This document shows positions 1-10,505 of a stretch of DNA of 64,000 nt, piece after piece; the first letter of the stretch is position 1, and each line of letters starts with the position of its first letter. A program made the position numbers and the translations under genes. This DNA is from Anaerolineae bacterium. GTDB taxonomy: Bacteria; Chloroflexota; Anaerolineae; B4-G1; SLSP01. The notes under the pieces were generated by a model. The model was not told the origin of the DNA. It saw only the letters and a list, made by a program, of their open reading frames with translations, and did no database searches. The DNA lies in the NCBI GenBank assembly GCA_049974845.1, contig JBNGCP010000003.1, positions 20,643-84,642 on the forward strand, read 5' to 3'.

Positions 1-1614
1 CTCGGTGCGGGCGTGGGTCAACGGGTTGAAGATGAGGTAGGCGCGATCGCTGCCACGGGTCATGCTAAACGCCGACTCGCCGCCAGTCGCCGTCGCGTTG
101 CCGACCCCGGCCCCCATCGCGATGCCGGCCTCCCGCTCGTCCTTGTAGGCGCGCAGCGCGCCGCCCTCAGCGAAGCCCTCGCGCAGCGTCGCGGTGTTGA
201 CTCGCGAGCTTAGCGCGCGTAACGCGTTTGTCCGGGCCATGCCGGCCCCGGCCTGCGTGTCCTGCGCGTGTCCCAGCGTGTAGTGGCGCGTCGCGCGCAC
301 GCCCGAGCCCGGGAGGATATCGTGGAATTGGTCGAAGAGCAGATACCGCCACGCCTCCTCCAAATTCTGGTGGGGGTAGGGCACGTCCGCCAACCGTCGG
401 CCCAGCGTGGCGGCCACCTCGGCGGCGTAGAGAAGGTTCTCACCGTGACGGTTTGCCTCTTTCTGCCGCGCCTGTGACGTGTAGCATCCGGCGAAGACGA
501 AGTTGCGCTCCCCGCCTGTGGAGTTCACAGGCAGGATCTCCGGCAAATCTCGCGCCTCGCGCTCGGCCTGCTCGAAGAACCGACGCAAGGTGGAGAACGC
601 CAGATGCGGGTAGACGGGCCACGCATCCATCTCCAGGATCTTGCCCAGGTCGCTGCGCGTCGGACCGCCGCCGTGGTCGCCCACGCCGTAGAGGACGGGC
701 ATCACGCGCAGCCCCGTCGCCTGTGCAAAGTCCATCAGCGGGTCGGCCACGTTTGGCGCGACGGCGACGTGACGCCGTGATGCGTCGAAATGCATATACC
801 ACTGGATATCGTTGAGGACCAGGAGTCGGGAACCGTCTGGCCCGATCCACCAGTAGAGGTGTGGCCCGCGACTTCCCCGGCAGTGATAGTAATAGCGCAC
901 GCCGCCGCGTGTCAGGATTGTGGGCAGCGTCGCCGGATGCCCGAACGTATCGGGTTCGAAGTCAATGGGGACATCCTCGGCCGACAGCCCGAACTTGTCC
1001 CTGAAGTAGGCGCGGGAGTAGAGAAGATGGCGGCTGATGCTCTCACCGTTGGCCAGATTGGTGTCGCCCTCGACCCACTGGCTCGCCGTGACCTCCCAAC
1101 GGCCCTCCGCGACGCGCTGCTGAATCTGCTTGAACATCGCCGGATTGTACTTCTCAATGGCAGCGTAGACCGACGCCTGACTCTGTGAGAAGATGAACTG
1201 AGGGAACTCGTCCATCAACGTCAGCATCGTCTGGAAGGTATCGTGGGTCAGACCGACCGTCTCGGGCCAGGACCACTGCCAGTTCATGTCGATGTGGGCG
1301 TGGCCGACGCAAAGGAGGGTATACGACTTCGCCACGTCGGAGAGAGGCGCTAACAGCGCCTCCGCCTCTGCCGTCAACGCCGCTACATCGACCGCCTGGC
1401 CCCCTTGGATGCCATGGGCTAACCCGTCGTCCAGCAGGCGCACGGCCTTGTTTATCCGGGCCTGCCAGCCGGCAGCCCGCTCAGGATGCGCAGCGCACAG
1501 ACGGCAAGCGAAGGTCAGTTCCGCCTGGATGCGCTCCAACTTCTCCGAGAACTGCTCGGTGTACATGGTGAGCAACTGATCGACATTCACCGAGTTTGGG
1601 CTATGGGCCGTCAT
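1..1614 (-). CDS. alpha-mannosidase, glycoside hydrolase family 38 (N-terminal part; C-terminus lies beyond window start)
   Basis: My own translation of the minus strand from the ATG at 1614 (GGAGGAG about 6 nt upstream) gives MTAHSPNSV...HIDMNWQWSWPE...FDQFHDILPGS, the characteristic GH38 catalytic-core motifs. There is no stop before position 1, so it is absent from the ORF track. Confidence 0.75.
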   Translation of the reverse strand, partial: MTAHSPNSVNVDQLLTMYTEQFSEKLERIQAELTFACRLCAAHPERAAGWQARINKAVRLLDDGLAHGIQGGQAVDVAALTAEAEALLAPLSDVAKSYTLLCVGHAHIDMNWQWSWPETVGLTHDTFQTMLTLMDEFPQFIFSQSQASVYAAIEKYNPAMFKQIQQRVAEGRWEVTASQWVEGDTNLANGESISRHLLYSRAYFRDKFGLSAEDVPIDFEPDTFGHPATLPTILTRGGVRYYYHCRGSRGPHLYWWIGPDGSRLLVLNDIQWYMHFDASRRHVAVAPNVADPLMDFAQATGLRVMPVLYGVGDHGGGPTRSDLGKILEMDAWPVYPHLAFSTLRRFFEQAEREARDLPEILPVNSTGGERNFVFAGCYTSQARQKEANRHGENLLYAAEVAATLGRRLADVPYPHQNLEEAWRYLLFDQFHDILPGSGVRATRHYTLGHAQDTQAGAGMARTNALRALSSRVNTATLREGFAEGGALRAYKDEREAGIAMGAGVGNATATGGESAFSMTRGSDRAYLIFNPLTHARTE

Positions 1615-1644
1615 TAGCATCTCCTCCACTTACGATGTATCTTC

Positions 1645-2265
1645 CTAATCGGCGCCAAGTCGCATCTTGCGCAGGCAGTCCGGACAGATGCCATGGGTGA
1701 ACTCGGCCTCGGAGTGCGCTTCAATATAGGATTCGAGGCTGACCCAAGTACCGTCCTCGGTTTCGATCTTGCGCCCGCACCACGCGCAGATCGGGAGCAG
1801 GCCACGGAGGGTTTTGATCGCCTTCAAGGCCTTCTGCAGTTGGACGTTGCGCTCCGCCAACTCCTCGTTCAGCCGACGTAGGGTCATCCAGTCCTCGAAC
1901 CGCGCCCGGGCGATGAGCATCATGCGCTGCAGCTCCTCCGGATTGAGGGGTTTGACGAGATAAGCAGCCACGCCCGCGTCCCGGGCTTCACGCAGGAAGT
2001 CCGGCGTGTTGTAGGCTGTCAACAGGACCACGGGCGTCGGATGGGACATTTGAATCCGGCGCGCCGCCTCAATCCCGCTCATCTGGGGCATCTCAATGTC
2101 CATAAGAATCAGATCCGGTTGCAGTTCTTGAGTCATCGCTATGGCCTCACGGCCATTTCCAGCCTCTCCGACGACCTCATTCCCCAGCATCTCGAGGATC
2201 TGATGCGTCGATTGGCGAAAGAGCTCACTATCATCCACAACCAGAATTCGTAGCGCCTCATCCAT
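1645..2265 (-). CDS. response regulator: REC domain plus C-terminal Cys4 (CxxC...CxxC) putative zinc-binding domain
   Basis: VVDDSELFR...LILMD...LVKP matches a CheY-like receiver. The C-terminus reads LPICAWCGRKIE...HGICPDC. Confidence 0.85.
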   Translation of the reverse strand: MDEALRILVVDDSELFRQSTHQILEMLGNEVVGEAGNGREAIAMTQELQPDLILMDIEMPQMSGIEAARRIQMSHPTPVVLLTAYNTPDFLREARDAGVAAYLVKPLNPEELQRMMLIARARFEDWMTLRRLNEELAERNVQLQKALKAIKTLRGLLPICAWCGRKIETEDGTWVSLESYIEAHSEAEFTHGICPDCLRKMRLGAD

Positions 2266-2619
2266 ATCGATCTCCGGATCTGTGATGCCCCTACCTTGCG
2301 AGCCCGAGCGACGCGACAGTCAGGCCGCGAGCGGACGAGACTCAGGATCTTGCTCATGGGGTTCTTAGGGCCGTGCCTGCTACGGCCCACTATCGTCGCA
2401 GGATCGGCCCTACAATACCGTGATGTCGGCAATTAGTCCAGCCCGGGCCTTTCTCTCACCCCAAACGTGCCGCATTTGACAGCCTACCCCGCCTTAGCGT
2501 ATGATGGTGGGCGTTGTCTATCGTGGGTGATCTGGCGCGCATGCTTGATGTTTGGCCCTCGCGGCTATCCCCGAGCCCGCGCTCGATTGGCTTGGCCGCT
2601 AAGAGAAGTGGAAGGCAAG

Positions 2620-3981
2620 ATGGGATCTCATACGATTCAGAAGACGATCACGCTGTTTCGAAAGGCGTTTGAGGGCCTCGATTTAAGCATCCCTCTGCTC
2701 CAACTCGAGGAGCTGGCGATCATGGTCCATGAGGCCATGAGCGTACAGGCGCGCAGCTTTCACACTCCGGAGCACATCTTTGAGCTATCGGATGGATCAA
2801 ATCCCATCCACGCACTCGCGGCCCTCTTCCATGACGTCGTCTATCACGAAATCGATGAAGGGTTTACGCCCAACATCGAGCAGGTCCTCGGCCTCTATCT
2901 CGATGAGGGCCGGGGCGAGATCCGTTTGACCGAGAACGTCAGTCTTGACGATATGATGTTCTTCCTCACGCTCGACGTCTTTGGATTTGAGATCGGCCAG
3001 CCCCTGCTGCCCTCCCAGGGTCAAAATGAGTTCCTGAGCGCGCTCCTGATGAACGAGACGCTCCGGAGCGTCGTGAAGCCCCGGGATCTCGTGAAGACCA
3101 CGGTGTGCATCGAGGCGACCATTCCGTTCAGAGGGCTGAACGCGCAAGGGGAATCGCCAGCCGAGGTGCTGGCGCGACGGTTGCGGGCTATCAACAACGA
3201 CTATGGGTTGGGCATGTCGGGCGACGAGATTGAGGAGGTCGTGGTGTGGGCGGTCGCCTTCTCCAACAAGGATGTGGAGAACTTCTCGGAGCAGGAGACC
3301 GGTCGGTTCCTCGACAATACGTGGAAGCTGCTCCCAGAGAGCAACCCCTCCCTGCGCCACCGCGGTATTTATACCATTCGCAGTTACCGGCAAGCGTTGC
3401 AGCGTATGGAGGCGTTTCTGAGTCAGCTTGATCCCGAGACGGTTTATCTGCAGTATCGCGATGAGCCCTCGCCTGGAGACTATGACCGGATGACCGCGCT
3501 GGCCCATCGTAACGTCCATACCGGACGTCAGTACCTGGGTCTGAAGCTTCTGGCGATAGGCCTCCTTGAGGCATTAGCCGCGATCACTGGTGGAGATGCG
3601 CCGGTCGCGCTCTTTATGGGAGGGCTGGACGACCAGGAAGATGCCCGGCGGCTTGAGGAGTTCCTGCCCGAGGTCAAGCCCGAGCCCTCGGTGGATGAGT
3701 CCTCCACGCTCTTCGGCCTGCTGGCTTTCGGGCGGGCAAGCTCATCCAGCTTTGATCTGCAGAACTCGCCGCTGTCCCTCTTCATCTTCAGGTCGCTCGG
3801 CTGGGAACGTGCCCGGGCGCTGTTGGACGATGCCAAGTTGATGTTTGCCGGACAGCTTAACGCCCACACCTTCCTGCAGAGGATGCCCACGGATGTGGTG
3901 GTGCCGGTCGCACAGGCGTGTTCGGTGATGGCCAGCACCCGGCAAGCGGCGCTTCGGGCATATGCCGAGAGCCGGCGGTGA
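2620..3981 (+). CDS. hypothetical protein (possible HD-like motif HD..YHEID)
   Basis: Long ORF. I chose the start at MGSHT because GGAAGG lies 6 nt upstream. No confident family assignment. Confidence 0.55.
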   Translation: MGSHTIQKTITLFRKAFEGLDLSIPLLQLEELAIMVHEAMSVQARSFHTPEHIFELSDGSNPIHALAALFHDVVYHEIDEGFTPNIEQVLGLYLDEGRGEIRLTENVSLDDMMFFLTLDVFGFEIGQPLLPSQGQNEFLSALLMNETLRSVVKPRDLVKTTVCIEATIPFRGLNAQGESPAEVLARRLRAINNDYGLGMSGDEIEEVVVWAVAFSNKDVENFSEQETGRFLDNTWKLLPESNPSLRHRGIYTIRSYRQALQRMEAFLSQLDPETVYLQYRDEPSPGDYDRMTALAHRNVHTGRQYLGLKLLAIGLLEALAAITGGDAPVALFMGGLDDQEDARRLEEFLPEVKPEPSVDESSTLFGLLAFGRASSSSFDLQNSPLSLFIFRSLGWERARALLDDAKLMFAGQLNAHTFLQRMPTDVVVPVAQACSVMASTRQAALRAYAESRR

Positions 3982-4036
3982 ACTCCGGCGCAGGTATCCT
4001 CTGATCTCAAGCAGACTATGGATGAAGGAGCCCATC

Positions 4037-5077
4037 ATGTACGATGCTGTCGATCACTTCAAGTCGCTTTACGCCGCGGCGCCCGGCGACTACGCTTTTC
4101 GGGCGGAGACCAAAGAGGGCTGGGCCGCGTGGCGAGAGGCCTTTCGCCCTCGCTTGCAGGAGGCGTTGGGCCTCAACAACATCGCGCTACCGGAACGCCC
4201 ACTAAAGGCAGAACAGGCCGCGTCGACCGACGAAGGAGACTACGTGCGCGAGTCGTGGCATCTTTGGACCGAGCCCACGGTGCCTTTGCCCTTTTATCTG
4301 CTGCGCCCCAAGGCCGCGCTGGCCGATACAAAGAAGGCGTTGCCTCTCGTGCTCACTCCCCACGGACACAACCACCCCCATATCTACGTGGGCATTGCAG
4401 AGAACGAGCACGAGCGCGAATCCATCGAGGCGGGTGAGCGCGACATCGCGGTTCAGGCCGTCCACGAGGGGTATCTAGTCATCGCCCCGACGACACGGGG
4501 CTTTGGTGAGACACGGACGGCGCGGGACAAGGCCGAGGATGCGTTGCATTCCTGCCGCACGCAGCTCTTGCACGACCTGCTGGTGGGCCGGACGCCAATT
4601 GGCGACCGGGTGTGGGACATCTCTCGGCTGATCGATTGGGCGCTGACGACCCAGGACGTGGACCCAGACCGCATCGCGATCACTGGCAACTCTGGGGGTG
4701 GGACGGTCTCGCTCTTCGCCGCGGCGTGCGATACGCGGATCTCGGTGGCGGTGCCCAGCAGTTACTTCTGCACTTTCGAGGGAAGCATCGGATCGATCCA
4801 TCATTGTGAGTGCAATTACGTGCCTGGCATCCTGCGGTTGGGTGAGATGTACGACGTCGCCGGCCTGACCGCCCCACGGCCCTTTTGTGCCATTGCGGGA
4901 AAGGACGACCCTATCTTCCCCATCGAGCACGTGCGATACGCCTTCGAGAAGCTTAAGCGGATCTATGCGGTGGCGGGCGTCCCGGAGCGCTGCGAGCTCT
5001 ACGTGGGCAACGAGGGACACCGCTACTATAAGGCCGGTGCGTGGCCCTTCATCCGCAAGCACTTTGGGCTTACTTGA
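4037..5077 (+). CDS. alpha/beta-hydrolase fold esterase
   Basis: GNSGGG nucleophile-elbow motif with downstream His/Asp residues. GAAGGAG lies 6 nt before the ATG at 4037. Confidence 0.7.
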   Translation: MYDAVDHFKSLYAAAPGDYAFRAETKEGWAAWREAFRPRLQEALGLNNIALPERPLKAEQAASTDEGDYVRESWHLWTEPTVPLPFYLLRPKAALADTKKALPLVLTPHGHNHPHIYVGIAENEHERESIEAGERDIAVQAVHEGYLVIAPTTRGFGETRTARDKAEDALHSCRTQLLHDLLVGRTPIGDRVWDISRLIDWALTTQDVDPDRIAITGNSGGGTVSLFAAACDTRISVAVPSSYFCTFEGSIGSIHHCECNYVPGILRLGEMYDVAGLTAPRPFCAIAGKDDPIFPIEHVRYAFEKLKRIYAVAGVPERCELYVGNEGHRYYKAGAWPFIRKHFGLT

Positions 5078-5229
5078 GGCTCGACGATAGCCGCACGTCT
5101 GCTGAGAGACGTTGATGAGCATCCAAGTGCGAGGCGCCACGATAGGCGGCGGTGTAGCAATCCGTGCGTTTGCGCCTGTCACGCACACACTAACGCTGTC
5201 GACCCACGAGTACGGGAAAGGAGTAGCAC

Positions 5230-6720
5230 ATGCCCAAGCAACCGCATATCCTGATCTTCAACCCCGACCAGTGGCGGGGCGATGTTATGGGGCACCTAGG
5301 CAACCCGGCGGCGGTCACGCCGAATCTCGATCGGTTGGTGGAGACCGGCGGTGTCTCGTTTCGGGTAGCTGCATGCCAGAACCCAGTCTGCACCCCGAGC
5401 CGCTGTAGCTTCATGACGGGCTGGTATCCGCACGTTCATGGGCACCGGACCATGCACTACATGTTGCGGGACCACGAAGGTGAGCCCAACCTGTTGCGGA
5501 TCCTGCGCGATAACGGCTACTTCGTCTGGTGGGGTGGTAAGAACGATCTCGTACCGGGGCAGTTCGGCTATGAGAGGGACTGTGATGTCAAGTACACGCC
5601 CTCCCGTCCTCCCAAAGCGATGTGGATGACCGACCGGGAGGAGGCCTGGCGCAAGGCCCCCGGTAGTGATAGCTACTATTCTTTCTACGTCGGTGAGCTA
5701 GACACCGGCGGCGAGGAGATCTACTACGATAGCGATTGGGCCAACGTGCTCGGCGCGATTGAGTTCATCAAGAACGCGCCTGAGGATCAGCCGCTCTGCA
5801 TCTACCTTCCTCTCACTTATCCGCATCCACCTTACGGCGTGGAGGAGCCCTGGTACAGCCTGATCGATCGCGACAGCGTGCCGCCGCGGGCGCCGACGCC
5901 CGAGAACTGGGCGGACAAGTCCTCGCTGCTCCAGGCCATCCATGAGGCCCAGGGTCTCGAGGGGTGGTCGGAGGCGCGTTGGACGGAGCTGCGGGCGGTC
6001 TATTACGGTATGTGTGCGCGCCTCGACCATCAGTTCGGGCTGCTGATGGCGGCGCTGAAGGAGGCCGGGATCTACGATGACACCGCTGTCTTCTTTTTCG
6101 CCGATCACGGTGACTATACCGGCGACTACGGCATCGTCGAGAAGACCCAGAACACGTTCGAGGATGCGCTGGCGCGGGTGCCCTTTATCATCAAGCCTCC
6201 CGCCGACGTCGAGGTTGCGCCGCGGGTCAGCGACGCTCTGGTGGAGCTGGTCGACTTCTCGGCGACAGTCTACGATCTGGTGGGGATCGAACCCGGATAT
6301 TGGCACTTTGGGCGGAGCCTGCGATCGGTTTTGGCAGGCGAGACCGACGAGCATCGCGATGCGATCTTCTGCGAAGGTGGGCGGCTGAGCGGAGAGGAGC
6401 AGGCGATGGAGCTCCCGTCGGTGGAGCGAATGGACGACCCCACCACCAGCCTCTACTGGCCTCGGATCAAGCACCAGATCAGCGACGAGCAGCCCTGGCA
6501 CACCAAGGCGACGATGTGCCGTACCCGTGACTTCAAGTATGTCCGCCGCCTCTACGAGGACGACGAGCTCTACGATCTCCGTAACGATCCTCAGGAAACG
6601 CACAACCTCATCGACGATCCAGCCTACGTCGACGTGGCGCTGCGCCTCAAGGAGCGGATGCTGACCTGGTACATGGCGACCTGCGACATCGTGCCCTTCG
6701 ATACCGACAGGCGATGGTAA
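5230..6720 (+). CDS. sulfatase (formylglycine-dependent, arylsulfatase family)
   Basis: CTPSRCSFMTG sulfatase signature (C-x-P-S-R) near the N-terminus. Confidence 0.9.
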   Translation: MPKQPHILIFNPDQWRGDVMGHLGNPAAVTPNLDRLVETGGVSFRVAACQNPVCTPSRCSFMTGWYPHVHGHRTMHYMLRDHEGEPNLLRILRDNGYFVWWGGKNDLVPGQFGYERDCDVKYTPSRPPKAMWMTDREEAWRKAPGSDSYYSFYVGELDTGGEEIYYDSDWANVLGAIEFIKNAPEDQPLCIYLPLTYPHPPYGVEEPWYSLIDRDSVPPRAPTPENWADKSSLLQAIHEAQGLEGWSEARWTELRAVYYGMCARLDHQFGLLMAALKEAGIYDDTAVFFFADHGDYTGDYGIVEKTQNTFEDALARVPFIIKPPADVEVAPRVSDALVELVDFSATVYDLVGIEPGYWHFGRSLRSVLAGETDEHRDAIFCEGGRLSGEEQAMELPSVERMDDPTTSLYWPRIKHQISDEQPWHTKATMCRTRDFKYVRRLYEDDELYDLRNDPQETHNLIDDPAYVDVALRLKERMLTWYMATCDIVPFDTDRRW

Positions 6721-6739
6721 CCATGTGTGATGGAGCCGC

Positions 6740-7789
6740 GTGGCAGGTGCGATCTTGAGCGCTTCGCCGTTTCAGCGTAGCCTGGATCGGCTTCGTCACG
6801 CGACGGGAATCGTGATACCCGTCTACTTCCCCTCGGGCGTCGATCCTTCGGAGGGGGCGACGCTCCTTCATGACACCGTTGTTGCCTGCTGCGATCAAGT
6901 CGCCGATCCCACCGTCATATGCCTGAGCGTCGATGGGGCAGCAAACGGAGTCGATATCGCCTCGAAGTTGGCGGAGGCCCACGGGACGGAGCTGGCGGTG
7001 GCGCCCGTCAACCGCGGCAAGCTGCAGGGCGCCCGAGCGGGCGTCAGCAAGCTGTTGGAAAAGGCCGGGCTTAGCTACATCGCCGTCCTTGACTCGGATG
7101 GCGATCACTTCGCGAACGAACTGCTCAACTTCGTGCGCGCCGCCGACCAAATAGTGACGGAGACCGGGGACCCGCGGGTGATGATCCTGGGGCGTCGCAT
7201 CTCCCGCCACCGACCGATGGGGTTGCTGCGGGGTGAGCTGGAATGGTTGGCCGATCGCCTACTGCTCAACGCTCTCGAGTATCACGCGGCACGGGTCGGG
7301 CATCCGCTCAAGTTTGAGTACGCGACGATGCTCGATGACGTGCCCGACTTCCACTCCGGCTACAAGCTGTTCACCCGTCCCACCGCGATAGCGGTCTTTG
7401 AGGGGGCGCCCAACCTTGCGGGCGTGTCCGAAGTCACTTACTATCGTCACGCCGTAGAGGCCGTTATGGTCGTTGAGGCCCTGTTGAGCGGCGCGCGGCT
7501 GGGCGTGATCAACCGCTCTACCTTCAACGAGCAACCGGTCACCGCCTTTGGGCTTCTGGACCGGGCGCGGTTGACCGCCGATATGATCGTGTGGCCGTGC
7601 AAGCGGCTTGGGGTGCCCGCCCACTTCGTGCGCCAGTGGATGGAGAACGCCCTTCCGGCGATGTTGTTGGGCACGTTGGTGCCCGAGGGCCGGCAGGAGC
7701 TGTGCGCGGTCTATGAGGCTGTGCTAGAGGCGTTCGATCTGAACTCCAAGGGCGCCGACCCCTTCGCCAAGCGCCCGCTCTTTGTCTAG
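6740..7789 (+). CDS. putative GT-A-fold glycosyltransferase-like protein
   Basis: VLDSDGDHF DxD-type motif. Family assignment is tentative. Confidence 0.45.
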   Translation: MAGAILSASPFQRSLDRLRHATGIVIPVYFPSGVDPSEGATLLHDTVVACCDQVADPTVICLSVDGAANGVDIASKLAEAHGTELAVAPVNRGKLQGARAGVSKLLEKAGLSYIAVLDSDGDHFANELLNFVRAADQIVTETGDPRVMILGRRISRHRPMGLLRGELEWLADRLLLNALEYHAARVGHPLKFEYATMLDDVPDFHSGYKLFTRPTAIAVFEGAPNLAGVSEVTYYRHAVEAVMVVEALLSGARLGVINRSTFNEQPVTAFGLLDRARLTADMIVWPCKRLGVPAHFVRQWMENALPAMLLGTLVPEGRQELCAVYEAVLEAFDLNSKGADPFAKRPLFV

Positions 7790-9423
7790 GATGAGCCCGG
7801 GAGCGGGCTAGAGAGGGTGTCGATATCCTCCAGCGGTGACGCGAGGGTGACCCTTCCCCGGGAGAGCTGCAGCACGTGGGTGAGCCCGGGGAAGAGCTCG
7901 CGCCGTCTGTGGGTCACATAGATCAGCGTGCGGGTTGGCGCCTGAGCGATGTTCTCCAGTGCCGCCAGTACCCTCTCACGCCCAACAGCATCGAGCCCCT
8001 GGCACGGTTCGTCGAGGACCACGAGCTCCGGCTCCTTGATCAGCGCTCGGGCGATCAGGGCGAGGCGCTGCGTGCCCTTCGCGACGGCCTGAAAGGGGCG
8101 CTCTGCCTCCTCGGCGACGCCCAGGCGCTGCAGCCACGTTTTGGCCTGGGCCTGCTGCTCTGGAGAACTGCGCCGGTGAAGCCCGAGCGAGTCAAAGAAC
8201 CCCGAGCAGACCACGCTGATGAGAGAGATCTCGGGAGGATGGTAGCGGTGCAGTTCCGGCGAGACCCATCCCATGCGGCGCTTGATCTCCCAGATGCTCT
8301 CGCCACTCCCCCGAGGCTGACCGAAGAGCGCGATGTCGTTAGCGTAGGCTTGGGGATGATCTCCCAGGATCAGGCTGAGGAGGGTCGTCTTCCCTGCGCC
8401 GTTCGGACCGATGAGCGCCCACTTTTCCCCCTGTCGAACGATCCAGTGGACGCCCTGTAACAACGCCACTCCATTCTGCACCACCGTCACGTTGCGCATC
8501 TGGATGACAGGGGAGGTGGGCGCTGTGACCTTTGGGTCGGCCAACCTGTCGTGACTTTTCTTCAGCAGCTGTGGGGGCGTTGTGGTGGGACAGGTGCCCA
8601 GCACCTCATCCCGCGGACCTTGGGCCGCCACTGCGACGCGCGACCGGGGGATGCGTTCGAGTAGGAGCACGTGGGTGATCCCTGTGGGGATCGCCTGGGG
8701 GTCGGAACTGACGATGACCAAGTGGATGCCACGCTCTATCAAGCGGGATAGAAGCTCCCCCAGCCTTGTGCGGAATTGTGGATCCAGCCCCACGAAAGGA
8801 TCATCCAGGATTAACAACTGGGGGTCCCGGAGAAGCGCGCGGGCGATCTGGACGCGACGCCATTCTCCATCGGAAAGCTGATGCAGGCGCCGGTCGAAAA
8901 GGTTTGACAGCTCCAGCCACTCTGCAACCCGCTTCTGCCGCGCTCTGAAGGACGAGGGGGATTCGGTGGGGTGCGGCACGACCTCGTGAGGGTTGCGTCG
9001 CCAGATGGCCTCCGCAGAGAGATAGTCGTTCACTGCTGGCGACGTGATCTCAAGGGAGGCGTGCCAACGCGCCTGATGGAAGAGACCCTCACCGCCCCGC
9101 GGAGTGTGCTCAAAACCGACATACGCCACGCTGCCCTGACCGGAACGAGAAGAGTTCTCGCCATCTGTGGCTGGACAGGCCTCTCCGGAGAGATGGTCGT
9201 GTACGAGACCGTCGAGGGGCGGGGAGATTCCCGCCAGGGTCCGTGCCAGCACAGACTTCCCGGCGCCGGTCGGTCCCAGGATGGCCCATTGCTCGCCCTG
9301 ATGGATGGTCCAGTCGATCGGATCCGAGAGCGGCTGTCCGTCGTGTTGGAGCACGACCTGCTGTAGCGAGATCAAGGGGTCTGTCGCGCGCGCTGCATCC
9401 ATCGGGAGAGGTCTATCAGGCAA
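7786..9423 (-). CDS. ABC transporter ATP-binding protein with two tandem ATPase domains (ModF-like, no TMD)
   Basis: Two Walker A motifs (GPTGAGKS and GPNGAGKT), two signature-like motifs (LSDGE and LAKGTQR) and two Walker B motifs (LILDDP and VVLDEP). Confidence 0.85.
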   Translation of the reverse strand: MPDRPLPMDAARATDPLISLQQVVLQHDGQPLSDPIDWTIHQGEQWAILGPTGAGKSVLARTLAGISPPLDGLVHDHLSGEACPATDGENSSRSGQGSVAYVGFEHTPRGGEGLFHQARWHASLEITSPAVNDYLSAEAIWRRNPHEVVPHPTESPSSFRARQKRVAEWLELSNLFDRRLHQLSDGEWRRVQIARALLRDPQLLILDDPFVGLDPQFRTRLGELLSRLIERGIHLVIVSSDPQAIPTGITHVLLLERIPRSRVAVAAQGPRDEVLGTCPTTTPPQLLKKSHDRLADPKVTAPTSPVIQMRNVTVVQNGVALLQGVHWIVRQGEKWALIGPNGAGKTTLLSLILGDHPQAYANDIALFGQPRGSGESIWEIKRRMGWVSPELHRYHPPEISLISVVCSGFFDSLGLHRRSSPEQQAQAKTWLQRLGVAEEAERPFQAVAKGTQRLALIARALIKEPELVVLDEPCQGLDAVGRERVLAALENIAQAPTRTLIYVTHRRRELFPGLTHVLQLSRGRVTLASPLEDIDTLSSPLPGSS

Positions 9424-9518
9424 TATGAGGTAACCGGGGCCGCTTCAGACGACACCGGGCACTGTGTGTGGGTGGACGTCGACCCCCACGATCCTTGGCG
9501 ATCCAATGGGAGGGATGC

Positions 9519-9992
9519 TCAGAGCAAAGGCGCGACACGATGGCAGACCTGCTCGAGGAATGCATGATCCTGCGCGGTGAAGGGAGAAAGCGCGTGAGAG
9601 TCGATATCGAGCTCGCCCAACACCTCACCGTCCCTAACGAGCGGCACGACGATCTCGGATCGCACATCGGGGCTGCACGAAAGGTAATTCGTCTCCAGAG
9701 AGACGTCTTGAACGATGAAGGTCTGCTCTGTGTCGGCTGCCTGCCCGCAGATCCCCTCGCCGAAGGGGATACGCGTGTGCTCGGTCGGCGCGCCGACATA
9801 AGGCCCCAATACCAACTCTCGTTCCGCCTCGGAATCGACGAGATAGAAGCCCACCCAATCGTAATGCGGCACCTGATCCCTGAGCAGAGCACAGAGCGCC
9901 TCGAGCTTCTCATCTCGGCTCAAAGGCCGCTCGAGAAGCGCGTCGATGTCGGCTAAGAGATCCTCAAAATCCGGTGGGGTTGGCGTGCTCAT
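9519..9992 (-). CDS. GAF-domain protein, free methionine-(R)-sulfoxide reductase (fRMsr)-like
   Basis: YDWVGFYLV...GPYVGAP...IPFGEGICGQAA...SEIVVPL resembles the fRMsr/GAF family. I moved the start to MSTPTP because GAGGAA lies 5 nt upstream. Confidence 0.75.
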   Translation of the reverse strand: MSTPTPPDFEDLLADIDALLERPLSRDEKLEALCALLRDQVPHYDWVGFYLVDSEAERELVLGPYVGAPTEHTRIPFGEGICGQAADTEQTFIVQDVSLETNYLSCSPDVRSEIVVPLVRDGEVLGELDIDSHALSPFTAQDHAFLEQVCHRVAPLL

Positions 9993-10034
9993 TGCATTTC
10001 CTCGCGACTTATGGGCTAAGCTCACACGGACATA

Positions 10035-10078
10035 AACGAATGAAAAGTCCACACCGATGGAGCGTTATCGATGTGGAC
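10035..10078 (-). terminator. intrinsic terminator after rubredoxin
   Basis: About 12-bp imperfect stem (GTCCACACCGAT/ATCGATGTGGAC) followed on the minus strand by TTTTCATTCGTTT. Confidence 0.5.
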
Positions 10079-10113
10079 CGGTGAATCAGACAGCCGTATC
10101 GAGCAAACGCTAT

Positions 10114-10278
10114 TTAGTCCTCGTAAGGCTCGAACCAATCTTTCTCCACCCCGCAATCCGGGCACACCCAGTCGTCGGGCAGTTCCTCAAAGGGGGTTCC
10201 TGCCGGAATGCCGTTGTCGGGATCGCCGATCTCGGGGTCGTAGATATAGCCACACACGGTGCACTCATATTTCTGCAT
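10114..10278 (-). CDS. rubredoxin
   Basis: My own translation gives [54 protein letters not shown] (54 aa), with two CxxCG knuckles. AGGAGG lies 7 nt upstream. At under 60 aa it is absent from the ORF track. Confidence 0.9.
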   Translation of the reverse strand: MQKYECTVCGYIYDPEIGDPDNGIPAGTPFEELPDDWVCPDCGVEKDWFEPYED

Positions 10279-10505
10279 GTCACGCCTCCTTCAGCACATC
10301 AGGGATTGGTCAAAAAAACCTGATCTTGCTTACCGAACCCGGCTTTGGTATCTCGAGAACGGCTCCGATTATAGGAGGTCGGCGTCATCTGTCAAGATCA
10401 AAAGGGGCCCTTGGACGCCCAAGATCCTTGTCGTAGCGTCGGCTCCTCCGGCTCCTGAGCCCGTTGCCCTGTCCCCGATTGCCGCTCTCCTGTGGGGCCC
10501 ATAGT

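Noticed and set aside
228-850. Overlapping ORFs of 195 aa (+) and 136 aa (-) rich in Arg/Pro/Ala
   Set aside because: They lie inside, and antisense or out of frame to, the GH38 mannosidase gene. This is typical of GC-rich shadow ORFs, and they have no motifs.
2797-3519. 240-aa minus-strand ORF (also 5698..6603 -, 33081..33704 +, 36755..37375 +, 45009..45773 -, 56901..57740 -, 62745..63242 +)
   Set aside because: All are antisense to well-supported genes with clear motifs. They are characteristic long shadow ORFs of high-GC DNA.
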